From Squalus acanthias (lineage: Eukaryota): 64,000 nucleotides of DNA. The translations under genes were made by a program, and so were the position numbers. The notes below the pieces were generated by a model, which saw nothing but the letters and a program-made list of their open reading frames with translations, ran no database searches and was not told the DNA's origin. The first letter of the stretch is position 1, and every line of letters starts with the position of its first letter. Below, piece by piece: positions 13,309 through 24,683 of this stretch. The stretch covers positions 63,304,001 through 63,368,000 of the forward strand of contig CM059432.1 in assembly GCA_030390025.1 (NCBI GenBank). Reading direction: 5' to 3'.

Positions 13309-13909
13309 TTGACTTTTTTTGTAACGTTTGATGGATTGATGTATAAAGTTGATTTGGAATGTTTTTGTTTTGTGGTGGCTTTCATTTCAGCATTGTGGCC
13401 AAGAGGGTGCTGTGATGGTCCATATCAGAGGTATGTTAAGGTGTGGGACTATTGGTGAATGTGGAATTGGTGTTGTGTTCACTGGAAGTACAGTCGGATG
13501 AGTCGATCACGGGCAGCCCGGGCAGAAAGGGGCTGTCTGGGTTGCCTCCTCCCTTCTGCTTCCTCCTCCTCCTCCTCCTCCTTCCTCTTCTGCCTCCTCC
13601 TCAGCTGGTCGCCCTATGCCCGGTGGCAAGGGGCTGTGCCCTCATGATAGCGAGGTTGTGGAGCATGCAGCAGACCATGACGAATCTTAAGATGTGCTCT
13701 GGTGAGTACTGCAGGGTTTCTCCAGAGTGGACCACGCAGCGGAACCATTGCTTCAGCACCCCAATTGCCTGCTCTATGATGTTTCATGTGGCAGCATGGC
13801 TCTCATTGTATGCATACTGGCCACGTGTGATTGGGTTGTGGAGTGGAGTCATGAGCCAGTGGTCAAGGGATAGCCCTTGTCACCCAGCAGCCAGCCTCTG
13901 GTTTGTTTT

Positions 13910-15211
13910 AAAAACAGAAAATGCAGGAAATACTCAGCAGGTCAGGCAGCATCTGTGGAGAGAGAAACAGAGTTAACGTTTCAGGTCAATAACCTTTCGT
14001 CAGAACTGGAAAAAGCTAGAGATGTAAAAGATTTTAAGCAAGTGCAGGGGCAGGGAAAGGGGGGGAGGGGAGGAAAGAACAAAAGGGAAGGTCTGTGATA
14101 GGATGGAAGGCAGTAGTGATTAAATGACAAAAGGTATGATTGTACAAAGGAAAAGGAGATGGTAATGAGACAGATAAAGAAACAAAAGATGAGTCTAGAA
14201 GAGGTGTAAATGGGAATGACAGAATCATTAATAGCTGCCATGTGAAAACATGGGGCCGAGGTTATGGTCTGAAATTGTTGAACTCAATGTTGAGTCCAGA
14301 AGGCTGCAAAGTGCCTAATCGAAAGATGAGGTGCTGTTCCTCGAGCTTGCGTTGAGCTTCATTGGAACAGTGGAGGAGGTCAAAGACTGAGAGGTCAGAG
14401 TAGAAGTGGAGCGGAGAATTAAAATGACAGGCGACCGGAAGCTCAGTGTCACGCTTAGAGTGAACGGAGGTGTTCCGCAAAGCAGTCACCCAATCTGCGT
14501 TTGGTCTCCCCAATGTAGAGGAGACCGCATCGTGAGCAGCGATTACAGTATACTAAATTGCAAGAAGTACAAGTAAATCGCTGTTTCACCTGGAAGAAGT
14601 GTTTGGGGCCCTGGACAGTGGGAAGGGAGGAGGTGAAAAGGCGGGTGTTGCATCTCCTGCGCTTGCAAGGTGATTGAGGAGTGGGCCAGGGTGTCACGGA
14701 GGGAGCGGTCCCTTCGGAATGCTGAAAGGGGAGGGGAGGGGAAGATGGGTTTGGTGGTGGGTTCATGCCGGAGGTGGCAGAAATGGTGGAGGGTGATCCG
14801 TTGAATGTGGAAGCTGGCGGGGTGAAAGGTGAGGACAAGGGGAACCCTATCGTGGTTCTGGGAGGGAGGGGAAGGGGTGAGAGCAGAAGTGCAAGAAATG
14901 GAACAGACATGGTTGAGGGCCATGTCAACCACGGTAGAGGGATGAGGAAAAAGGAAGACATATCGGAAGCACTAGTATGGAAGGTGGCATCGTCAGAACA
15001 GATGCAACGGAGACGGAGAAACTGGGAGAATGGGATAGAGTCCTTAAAGGGAGCGGGATGGGAGGAAGTGTAGTCCAGGTAGCTGTGGGACTCAGTGGGC
15101 TTATAGTGATGTTTGTCGATAGCCTATCCCCAGAAATGGTGACAGAGAAGTCGAGGAAGGGAAGGGAAGAGTCAGAGATGGACCATGTGAAGGTGAGGGA
15201 AGGGTGGAAAT
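13910..15211 (-). mobile_element. 5'-truncated Penelope-like element
   Basis: RT C-terminus (LPFLD), GIY-YIG (NLVY...LYIGETKRRL), pseudo-LTR. 11-bp TSD tggtttgtttt at 13899-13909 and 15212-15222. Confidence 0.92.
13971..14007 (-). ncRNA. Minimal hammerhead ribozyme motif
   Basis: agtt-CUGACGA-a-aggtt-att-gacct-GAAA-cg-UU-aact; stem I agtt/aact, palindromic ACGT stem III. Confidence 0.72.
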
Positions 15212-16919
15212 TGGTTTGTTTTGGTGGCGCAAAGACTGAGGGAACAGCGGAATGGGACAGAATAAAAGCATCATGACTGCTGCCAGGATACCGGGCATTC
15301 ACCATCATGATATGCTGAGCATGGTTGCACACCAACTGTACATTCAGCGAGTTGAAACCTTTGCGGTTGCGGTACGTCTCAGCATTTAGAAGCGGTGCCC
15401 GCAAAGCCACATGCGTGCAGTCGATAGCGCCCTGCACCATGGGGAAGCGCTCTATCCTGGCAAAGCCACGTGCATGCTCCGACTGCTTCTCTCTGTTCAG
15501 AGAGAAGACAATTAAGACCCCCTCCTGGCATAAAGAGCGTATGTCACCTCTCTTATGCAGCAGTGGACGGCGAACTGTGAGATGTTTCAGATGTTGCCTG
15601 CTCCGGCCTGGAAGGATCCCGTCACAAAGAAATTTAGGGCCACGATCACCTTCACACCACTGGCTGTCATTGTCCTGGAGTAAGGCTGCAGTTCTGGTTG
15701 CAAGAGGTGATAGAGTTCTGTGAGCACTTCCTTCGTAAAGTGCAGACTCGCCTCACAAACTGCTCCTGGCTTTGGCTGAAATAAGAGAATTGCTCTCGGA
15801 AAATCCTAGGTGGGTAAGGCCTCCTGTTGAAAGACCATCTCCCCCTCTTCCTCCTCCCTCTGCGAGCAGCTTGTCCTCTTCTTCACTGCCTCTGCTCCAT
15901 CTCCCTGTCATGCTGCAGGCCAAGGGGGTTGACAACTAGAGCACCCATGACTGGGAGCAAGTGGTCTGAGCAGAACCCTTGAAGTTAGAAGCAAGACCTT
16001 CTCCACTTGCAGCACCACTGCCCGTCATCTCACCAACTTTAAACAATTCTAGAAATCTCCGAACAGTTCCACAAACTTACACAGAGCCAGTAGAAATCAA
16101 ACAGCAACTAACCTAACCAGAGTTGCTTTTCCCTTTACATATCGCTGGTGGGGGGTCCTTGCTGATGCTGAGTGCATGTCCAGCTGTGCGAGGTTAACAC
16201 AGGACGTTAACTCCAGCGTTGAGGACTAAAATGGCAGGGCTGGTGTCAAATCAGCGTTGCATGCTGATTGACGTCAGGATCTGCGCACTCTGCGTACTTC
16301 CGGCGCATGCTCCTAACGCCCTCAACAAGATGGTGTCTGGCGCGGAACGCATCGGAAGTGTGCATGTGTGGCGCAGACTCCATTTTCAGCACAAAACGCA
16401 GCCCATAGCAATGAAAAAAATCGGGTGCTCTGGAGCCAGATTTTTTGCCCTATTTGATTATATTGATGGTAATGGAGGAGTTTTAATTAACGTATTACAG
16501 CAGTTATAATACAATTATTGGTTTGATACTGGCATCATTTTCTCAGCTAATGAGCAGGCAGTAATGAGTTACACTGATTACTCATTCTGCTGTCCAACAA
16601 TCAGTAAAAGCAGCAGTCTGTGCACGTTTACTTACTGAGCTAAGCTCACCAGATTCTGACTGCCAGGGAAATTTCTAGAGCTAGAAAAACACCAACAGGA
16701 CAGTCAGGTAGTTCCTAGTATTATAATCTTAAAGATGTTTTGCTAGAGTTAGACTGGGGTGCTTTTTAAACTTCACTACTGCAAGCTAGTGCAAGCTGGA
16801 GCAATTTGAGACGACTTCCTCAACACAAAATGCCAAAATGGCATCAGTTCAACTGCAGTTTATGCGGCTTGTCTTGAAGCGCTGTAAAACAGAAACAGCT
16901 TCACAGCAATACAGGGGGG

Positions 16920-19900
16920 AATCTCCTGTGAGGAGAGATTGAGTAGACTAGGCCTATGTTCCCTAGAGTTTAGAAGAATGAGAGGTGATCTCATTGAAAT
17001 GTATAAAATTCTTACAGGGTTTGACAGAGTAGATGCTGGGAGGATGTTTCCCCTGGCTGGGGAGTCTAGAACAGTCTCAGAATAAGGGGTCAGCCATTTA
17101 GGACTGAGATGAGGAGAAATTTCTTCACTCAAAAGGTTGTGAATCTTTGGAATTCTCTACCCCAGAGGGCTGTGGATGCTCAGTCTTTAAATATATTCAA
17201 GACAGAGATCGATAGATTTTTGGATACTAAGGGAACCAAGGGTTAAGCTTGCACAGCTGGACATGCATTCAGCATCAGCAAGGACCCCCGACAAGAGATA
17301 TTTAAAGGGATCAGCAACCCTGGTTAGGTTAGTTGCTGATTGATTTCCGGACGGATCACCCGGCATCGACCTCAGCACTGGCTACGGACACGACAACGGC
17401 ACACCCAGACCAGTCGACCCTGCAAAGTCCTCCTCACCAACATCTGGGAACTTGTGCCAAAATAGGGAGAGCTGTCCCACAGACCAGTCAAGCAACAGCC
17501 TGACAGTCATACTCACAGAATCATACCTTTCAGCCAATGTCCCAAACTCCTCCATCACCATCCCTGCGTATGTCTTGTCCCACTGGCAGGACAGACCCAC
17601 CAGCGGTTGGCGGCACAGTGGTATACATTTGGGAAGGAGTGGCCCTGGGAGTCCTCAACATTGACACTGGACCCCATGAAGTCTCATGGCTTCAGGCCAA
17701 GCACGGGCAAGGAAATCTCCTGCTGATTACCACCTACCGCCTTCCCTCAGCTGATGAATCAGTGCTCCTCCATGTTGAACACCACTTGGAAGAAGCACTG
17801 AGAGTAGCAAGGGCATAGAATGTACTCTGGGTGGGGGACTTCAATGTCCATCACCAAGAGTGGCTCGGTAGCACCACCACTGATCGAGCTAGCCGAGTCC
17901 TGAAGGACATAGCTGCCAGTCTGGGCCTGCGACAGGTGGTGAGAGAACCAACAAGAGGGAAAAACCTACTTGACCTCGTCCTCACCAATCTACCTGTCGC
18001 AGATGCATCTGTCCATGACAGTATTGGTAGTAGTGACCACCACACAGTCATTGTGGAAACGACGTCCCGTCTTCACACTAAGGACACCCTCCATCGTGTT
18101 GTGTGGCACTACCACCGTGCTAAATGGGATAGATTCAGAACAGATCTAGCAGCTCAAAACTGGGCAGCCATGAGGCGCTGTGGGCCATCAGCAGCAGCAG
18201 AATTGTATTCCACCACAATCTGTAACCTCATGGCCCGGCATATCCCTCACTCTACCATTACCATCAAGCCAGGGGACCAACCCTGGTTCAATAAGGTGTG
18301 TAGAAGAGCATGCCAGGAGCAGCACCAGGCGTACCTAAAAATGAGGTGCCGACCTAGGGAAGCTGCAACACAGGACTACATGCATGCTAAAAAGCGGAAG
18401 CAGCATGCTATAGACAGAGCTAAGCGATCCCACAATCAACGGATCAGATCAAAGCTCAGCAGTCCTGCCACATCCAGTCGTGAATGGTGGTGGACAATTA
18501 AACAACTAACGGGAGGAGGAGGCTCCATGAAAATCCCCATCCTCAATGATGGTGTTTGCAACCATCTTCAGCCAGAAGTGCCGAGTAGATGATCCATATC
18601 GGCCTCCTCCTGAGGTCTCCACCACCACAGAAGCCAGTCTTCAGCCAATTCAATTCACTCCACATGATAGCAAGAAACGGCTGAGCGCACTGGATACAAC
18701 AAATGCTTTGGACCCCGACAACATCCCGGCTGTTGTGCTGAAAACTTGTGCTCCAGAACTAGCCACGCCTCTAGCCAGGCTGTTCCAGTACAGCTATAAC
18801 ACTGGCATCTATCCGACAATGTGGAAGGCTGCCCAGGTATGTCCTGTCCACAAAAAGCAGGACAAATCCAATCTGGCCAATTCTCGCCCCATCAGTCTTC
18901 TCTTAATCATCGGCAAAGTGATGGAAGGTATAGTCGACAGTGCTATCAAGCAGCACTTACTCACCAATAACCTGCTCACTGTTGACAAGTTTGGGTTCCA
19001 CCAGGACCACTTGGTTCCAGACCTCATTACAGCCTTGGTCCAAGCATGGACAAAAGAGCTAAATTCCAGAGGTGAGGTGAGAATGACTGCTCTTGACATC
19101 AAGGCAGCATTTGACCAAGTGTGGCATCAAGGAGCCCTAGTAAAATTGAAGTCAATGGGAATCAGGGGGGAAACTCTCCACTGGCTGGAATCATACCTAG
19201 CACAAAAGAAGATGGTTGTGGTTGTTGGAGGTCAATCATCACAGCCCCAGGACATCGCTGCAGGAGTTCCTCAGGGCAGTGTCCTAGGCCCAACCATCTT
19301 CAGCTGCTTCATCAATGACCTTCCCTCCATCATAAGGTCAGAAGTGGGAATGTTCGCTGATGACTGCACAGTGTTCAGTGCCATTTGCAACTCCTCAGAT
19401 AATGAAGCAGTCCATGTCCGCATGTAGCAAGAACTGGATGACGTTCAGGCTTGGGTTGATAAGTGGCAGGTAACATTCGCGCCACACAAGTGCTAGGCAA
19501 TGACTATCTCCAACAAGTGGGCGTCTAACCACCGCCCCTTGACATTCAACGGCATTACCATCGCTGAATCCCCACCATCAATAGCGTGGGGGTCACCATT
19601 GACCAGAAACTTAACTGGACCAGCCACATAAATACTGTGACTACAAGAGCAGGTCAGAGGCTGGGTATTCTGTGGTGAGTGTCTCACCTTCTGACTCCCC
19701 AAACCTTTCCACCATCTACAAGGCACAAGTCAGGTGTGATGGAATACACTCCACTTGCCTGGATGAGTGCAGCTCCAACAACACTCAAGAAGCGCGACAC
19801 CATCCAAGACAAAGCAGCCCGCTTGATTGGCACCCCATCCACCACCTTAAACATTCACTCCCTCCACCACCGGCGTACCGTGGCTGTAGTGTGTACCATC

Positions 19901-20400
19901 TACAAGATGCCTTGCAGCAACTTGCCAAGGCTTCTTCGGCAGCACTTCCCAAACCCGTGACCTCTACCACCTAGAAGGACAAGGGCAGCAGGCACATGCG
20001 AACAGCACCACCTCCAAGTTCACCTCCAGGTTCCCCTTCAAGTCACACACCATTCAGACTTGGAAGTATATCGCCGTTCCTTCATCATCGCTGGGTCAAA
20101 ATCCTGGAACTCCCTACCTAACAGCACTGTGGGAGTACCTTCACCACACGGACTGCAGCGGTTCAAGAAGGTGGCTCACCTCCACCTTCTCAAAGGCAAG
20201 TAGGGATGGGCAATAAATGCTGACCTTGCCAGCGACGCCCACATCCCATGAACAAACATTAAAAAAAACAAGGTATTTGGGGATAGTGCGGGAAGTTAGA
20301 GTTGAGATAGAAGATCAGCCATGATCTTATTGAATGGCGGAGCAGGCTCGAAGGACTGAATGGCCTACTCCTGCTCCTATTTCTTAATGTTCTTATGTTC
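16920..20400 (+). mobile_element. CR1 3' end (16920-17241 and 20269-20400), split by a LINE insertion
   Basis: LEFRRMRGDLIE...RNFFTQ.VV. The 3' UTR with a ttcttatg-type tail resumes after the insert; caagg is duplicated at 17237 and 20269. Confidence 0.85.
17348..20268 (+). mobile_element. Near-complete APE+RT LINE ORF2 of the CR1/L2/Jockey group, decayed, poly(A)-tailed
   Basis: APE motifs GDFNVHH, PTRGKNLLDLV, SDHH; RT motifs RPISLL, ALDIKAAFD, GVPQGSVLGP, MFADD. aataaa and A-tail at 20212-20268. Confidence 0.9.
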
Positions 20401-21448
20401 TGATACAAAACATCCAGTAAATGCACATTTGGATTCTGCTACAGTAACCAACAGGTTTTTTTTGTGTATAATGCAACATGGATACATAAATTTGAATCTC
20501 AAAAAGGTGATTAAATTCAGCAGGTGTAACAGGTTTTAACCAAGCAAATTAAATTACTGTGCACTAGTATTAGCCTTAGCATGGACACAGTATTCAGAAG
20601 CACCTTAGAAAGTTGTATTGGAAGTTCGACTCACACTTTAAATACTGCTGAGGACATGGATGTGAAAGCTGCAGCATAGGATTACATCGGATAGACGGCA
20701 CAGAAACAGGCCATTCGGCCCAACCAGTCCATGCTGGCGTTTATGCTCCACTCGAGCCTCCTCCCGTCTTTCCTCATCTAACTTTATCAGCATAATCCTC
20801 TAATCCCTTCTCCATCATATGCTTATCTAGCCACCCCTTAAATGCATCCATACTATTCGCTTCCACCACTCCCTGTGGTAGCGAGTTCCACATTCTCATC
20901 ACTCTCTGGGTAAAGAAGTTTCTTCTGAATCCTTATTTGATTTCTTGGTGACTATCTTATATTGATGGCCTCTAGTTTTGCTCTTCCCCACAAGTGGAAA
21001 CATTCTCTGGGCTAGAAATTGGGCTCCTTTGCACCTCCCGTTAGCGTCTCTGGGGGGCGCCATCAGGGCTCAAATGGGTTTGCGACCGGGCACGACGATA
21101 TCAACGCCTCCCGCTAAATTCGGAGGAATTTTTCATTGCCGTGCGCAACGCCCCGGTTGTGCCAGGAATGAAAAATTCCCTCTCGACCCTTTTCTGTGCG
21201 CCTGCCATTAACAACGACAGGTAGAGGAGGCAGCTTTCAGTCGGATGTCCCCTGGAGAAGCGCTATTTAAAGGTGTCCACTTCCGGTGTAGTTTTCGTCG
21301 GCCAACAATGCTGCGTTGTTAATTTCACATCGGCAAAAAGACCTTTTGACTGATTTGAGCGTTTTGCTTTTCAATGAGTGTTCTGGCGCATAAAGATTAT
21401 TGAGTTTTATTGAGGGCAGATTTGAAAGTGCAATATTTGTATCCTTTC

Positions 21449-22618
21449 ATGGGGGCTGTACTGGCACTGGACCTCACCCTCCAGCGTCAACGTCGGAGTC
21501 AACTGAGGCACAGAGAAAGAGTGCAAAATGTGGCCAGAGGTAGGAGGGCCAACCGGGCTCTCAACAGGAGGCCTTACCCACCCAGGGTATTCCGGCAGCA
21601 GTTCTCATACATGAACTTCACTGAGGACCAGTGTGTTAGAAGGCTCTGCTTCTGCAAGGACGTGGTCACAGAGCTCTGTCACCTCCTGCAGCCAGACCTT
21701 GAGCCTCAGATTAGGACCACCACGGCTCTCTCAGTGGCATTCAAGGTCACCATCGCCCTCAATTTCTACGCCAGCAGATCATTCCAGTGTACGACAGGCA
21801 AAATCTCCAACATCTCCCAGTTTGCCGTCCATTGCTCCATCCGCCAGGTCACAGATGCTCGGTACAGAAGGAGAAGGGACTACATTTCCTTCCCCATGAC
21901 CAGAGAGAAGCAGCGGGACCATGCATGAGCCTTAGCCAGGATAGCGAGCTTCCCCATGGAGCAGAGCGCCATTGACTGCACCCACGCCACTTTGCGGGAA
22001 CCTCATAACAATCCTGAGGTATTCCGTAACTGCAAAGGCTACCACTCACTTAATGTGCAGTTTGTGTGCGACCACACACAGCAAATCCTGACCGTCAATG
22101 CCCGCTATCCTGGCAGCAGCCACGATGCCTTCATCCTGCACCAGACCGGTGTGCCAGCTCTGTTCCAGCCACCACATTGAGCTTGGCTGCTGGGAGACAA
22201 GGGCTATCCGGTCTCCACCTGGCTCATGACTCCCCTCCGCAACCCTAACACTCCTGCCCAGCACTCATATAATGAGAGCCATGCTGCCACTAGGAACATC
22301 ATTGAGCAGACCATTGGAGGGCTCAATTAATGCTTCCGCTGCCTTGACCGCTCGGGAGGAGCCCTCCAGTACTCGGCTGAGCAGGTGTCACTTTTTATCG
22401 TTGTCTGCTGCATGCTGCACAACTTGACCATCATGAGGGCCCAGCCATTGCCACCAGGCATAGCTGCACCACCTCAGGAGGAGGAGGACGAGGAGAAGGA
22501 GGAGGAGGAGGAAGAAGAGGAGCAGGAGGATGAACAGCAGCGAAGGAGGAGGCAGCCACTCAATTGGCGTTCTGCAAGGTCGCTCCGTGACTGCCTCATC
22601 AGACTTTGTTTCCAGTGA
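21449..22618 (+). pseudogene. Harbinger (HARBI1-like) transposase with a few stops
   Basis: MGAVL...RRPYPPRVFR...AIDCTH...KGYHSLNVQ...YPGSSHDAF...WLLGDKGYP...IIEQTIG...CCMLHNL, acidic tail, IRLCFQ*. Confidence 0.93.
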
Positions 22619-22783
22619 CTTCGAGTCCTCGTTCCGGTTGCTGAGCACGTCGCCATCATTCCATCACTTTGTGATTCCATACCACACCCCAGAACTGAAA
22701 TGAGACACAGCACCAAAACTGCAACGTTCCAGTAATAAATGAATCAAAAACCATTAAATACATGTATACAACAACAATATTGA

Positions 22784-24683
22784 TTAATCACACTTGTGCA
22801 AACCCCTGCCTCCCCTCTTTACAGTCCCCTTTCCTAATCTAGTGCTCCTACGTAGTGTCTCCCCAGTGGCTGCAGCAGGGCTGGTGGAAGGCTGCTGAGT
22901 GTCAGTGCCAGAGACTACAGATGGCCTTGCAGGACGCCCTCGACCAGCTCTGGGCCTGGAAGGCCTGGCTGTACACTGTACCACCTCAGGCTGGGCGGCG
23001 GCAGTCTGGGCTGGCTGGATGGCAGGCAGCGACAAGTGCAATGGCAGAGTGGCAGTGTGTGATCAGCAATGCTGTCATCCTGAGAGAGGACAGCAGGTTT
23101 CTGCTCCACTGACCCACTGCCACTCCCCCGGGCCAGCACCTCAGCATCCCTACCAATCTGCTGGAGCACAGATTGCTGGCCTGCTGCGACACCGTGAGAT
23201 CCCCAGTGGACTGTGGTGGACCCAGCGATGATGGCAGCAGTCAGAGCTTGCATCGCATCAAGCTGAGACTGAATGAGAGCAGTCTGAGATTCGATGGCAG
23301 CAACCATTGACTGCATTACAGCACTAAGACGTTGCGTCGCTTCCACCTGTGCTGCAATGCAAGCTGCCACATCGCCCATGACACGCGTCATGAGGTCTGG
23401 ATCCGCACGGTCTCTCTGGGAGTCCACTATCCTCTGTACAGTGGAAATGATGGGCTCCATGCTGTCGCAGAGCTCTGTGCAATGTTGGAGGCTGACTCCT
23501 CCACGCTCCTTATCATTGCCGAGAGGCTCTTGGGCACCCTTGCCATTGCACCTATCATCTCCGTGTGCATGGCCATCACCCTTCTTGTGAATGCCTCCCC
23601 ATCGAGGTCCTCATCTGAGACCTGTGCAGCAGAACTCGCGCGCGAACTCGCCCTCCAGGGAACAGCCTCCCGAGCAACCCTTTCCCCCTGGCCTTGCTGC
23701 AGCCCACTCGTCCCTGGTGCATCACCCAGTGCAGACCCCTCTACTAAAGTTGCCTCTAAAGAGCGCATGGTGCCCGTATCTGAGCTGGTGCCTGCAGGTG
23801 AGAGATACAGTGACACGGTACCTTGCTACTCCTCCTCTTCTCCTTCCTCACTCTCATTGGGGGGCTCAGGGATAGGCTGGTCATCTGGTTGCTGATTATC
23901 TGAAAGCATAAAGGCACAGCACTCGTGTTAAGGTGAGGGCAGTGGGGCAGGAATGGAGCAAGGAATGCAGATATTCTCAGGAGTTGGAAAGTGAGAAAGG
24001 TTTGTGGTGTGAGGGGGAAGTGGGATGAGAGAAGGCGAGGGGCTGAAGATACAGTTTTTTCCCCCAATGGGGTCAACGTTGCCGACGGCCACGGCGTCCA
24101 CCACCTGCTGCCCAATGAGTTGCAGCACTCGCTCCTCCAGGTCTGAGAGCTGCTGGAGCTGCGCATCACCCCGCCTGTTCTCTGCTGTTCCCTCCTACTG
24201 TGGGCCATCTTGGCCTGCAAGAGAAACAAATGTGTTTGAGTCAGACTCCAGCTATGTGTTTGGGAGATATGCCTGCTGTCGTTGAATAGCTGTGATTGTA
24301 GGCAAGGCATGGATGTGAGTTTGAGTAGGTGAAGATGTTTGGTGGGTGAGTGGAGGGAGTGTGGTTCTTTGCGCAGTGTGCACAGACTGAGCTTCAGATG
24401 CTGGTATGTAGGAGCTACTGAAGCATGTACTCACCTTGACCACCCGACTGAGGTCGTTGAATTTCTTGTGGCACTATGTCAGGCTGCGTTCCACCACACT
24501 ACTAGCCGAAACCTCCTGGGCCACTTCCCTCCATATTGCCCTGAACACGTAAGGCGATGGCTTCCTTCCAGAGGCCGGGAGCAGCACTGCCCTCATTCGC
24601 TCCACTCCAGCCACCAATGCCTCCAATGCCACATCTGTGAACCGATGAGCTCTCTCCCTGGGAGTGGGAACAGCCATAGCCAT
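22784..24683 (-). pseudogene. Harbinger Myb/SANT-like partner gene, 3 exons (~24683-24435, 24214-24053, 23899-22784)
   Basis: RERAHRFTDVALEALV...W.EVA..V...KKFNDL; GT-AG sites; long Ala/Gln/Met helical exon 3; RGRP and LRRSTR near the C-terminus. Confidence 0.85.

Larger units (their letters stand above)
13479..15948 (-). pseudogene. Harbinger (HARBI1-like) DDE transposase, split by a Penelope insertion
   Basis: [35 protein letters not shown], then [10 protein letters not shown] and CMLHNL after the insertion. Ends IRLYFQ*. Confidence 0.9.
11260..16450. mobile_element. PIF/Harbinger DNA transposon A (decayed autonomous type)
   Basis: TAT|gggctaaaaattgg...ccagattttttgccc|TAT. Encloses convergent Myb/SANT-like (+) and transposase (-) remnants. 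Confidence 0.9.

Noticed and set aside
14925..15440. Novel transposase-RT fusion protein
   Set aside because: Chance in-frame junction of a Penelope insertion, with TSD, into a dead transposase.
21449..22618. Host HARBI1 gene
   Set aside because: Has stops and lies within TIR/TSD-bounded multi-copy transposons, so it is not the domesticated gene.
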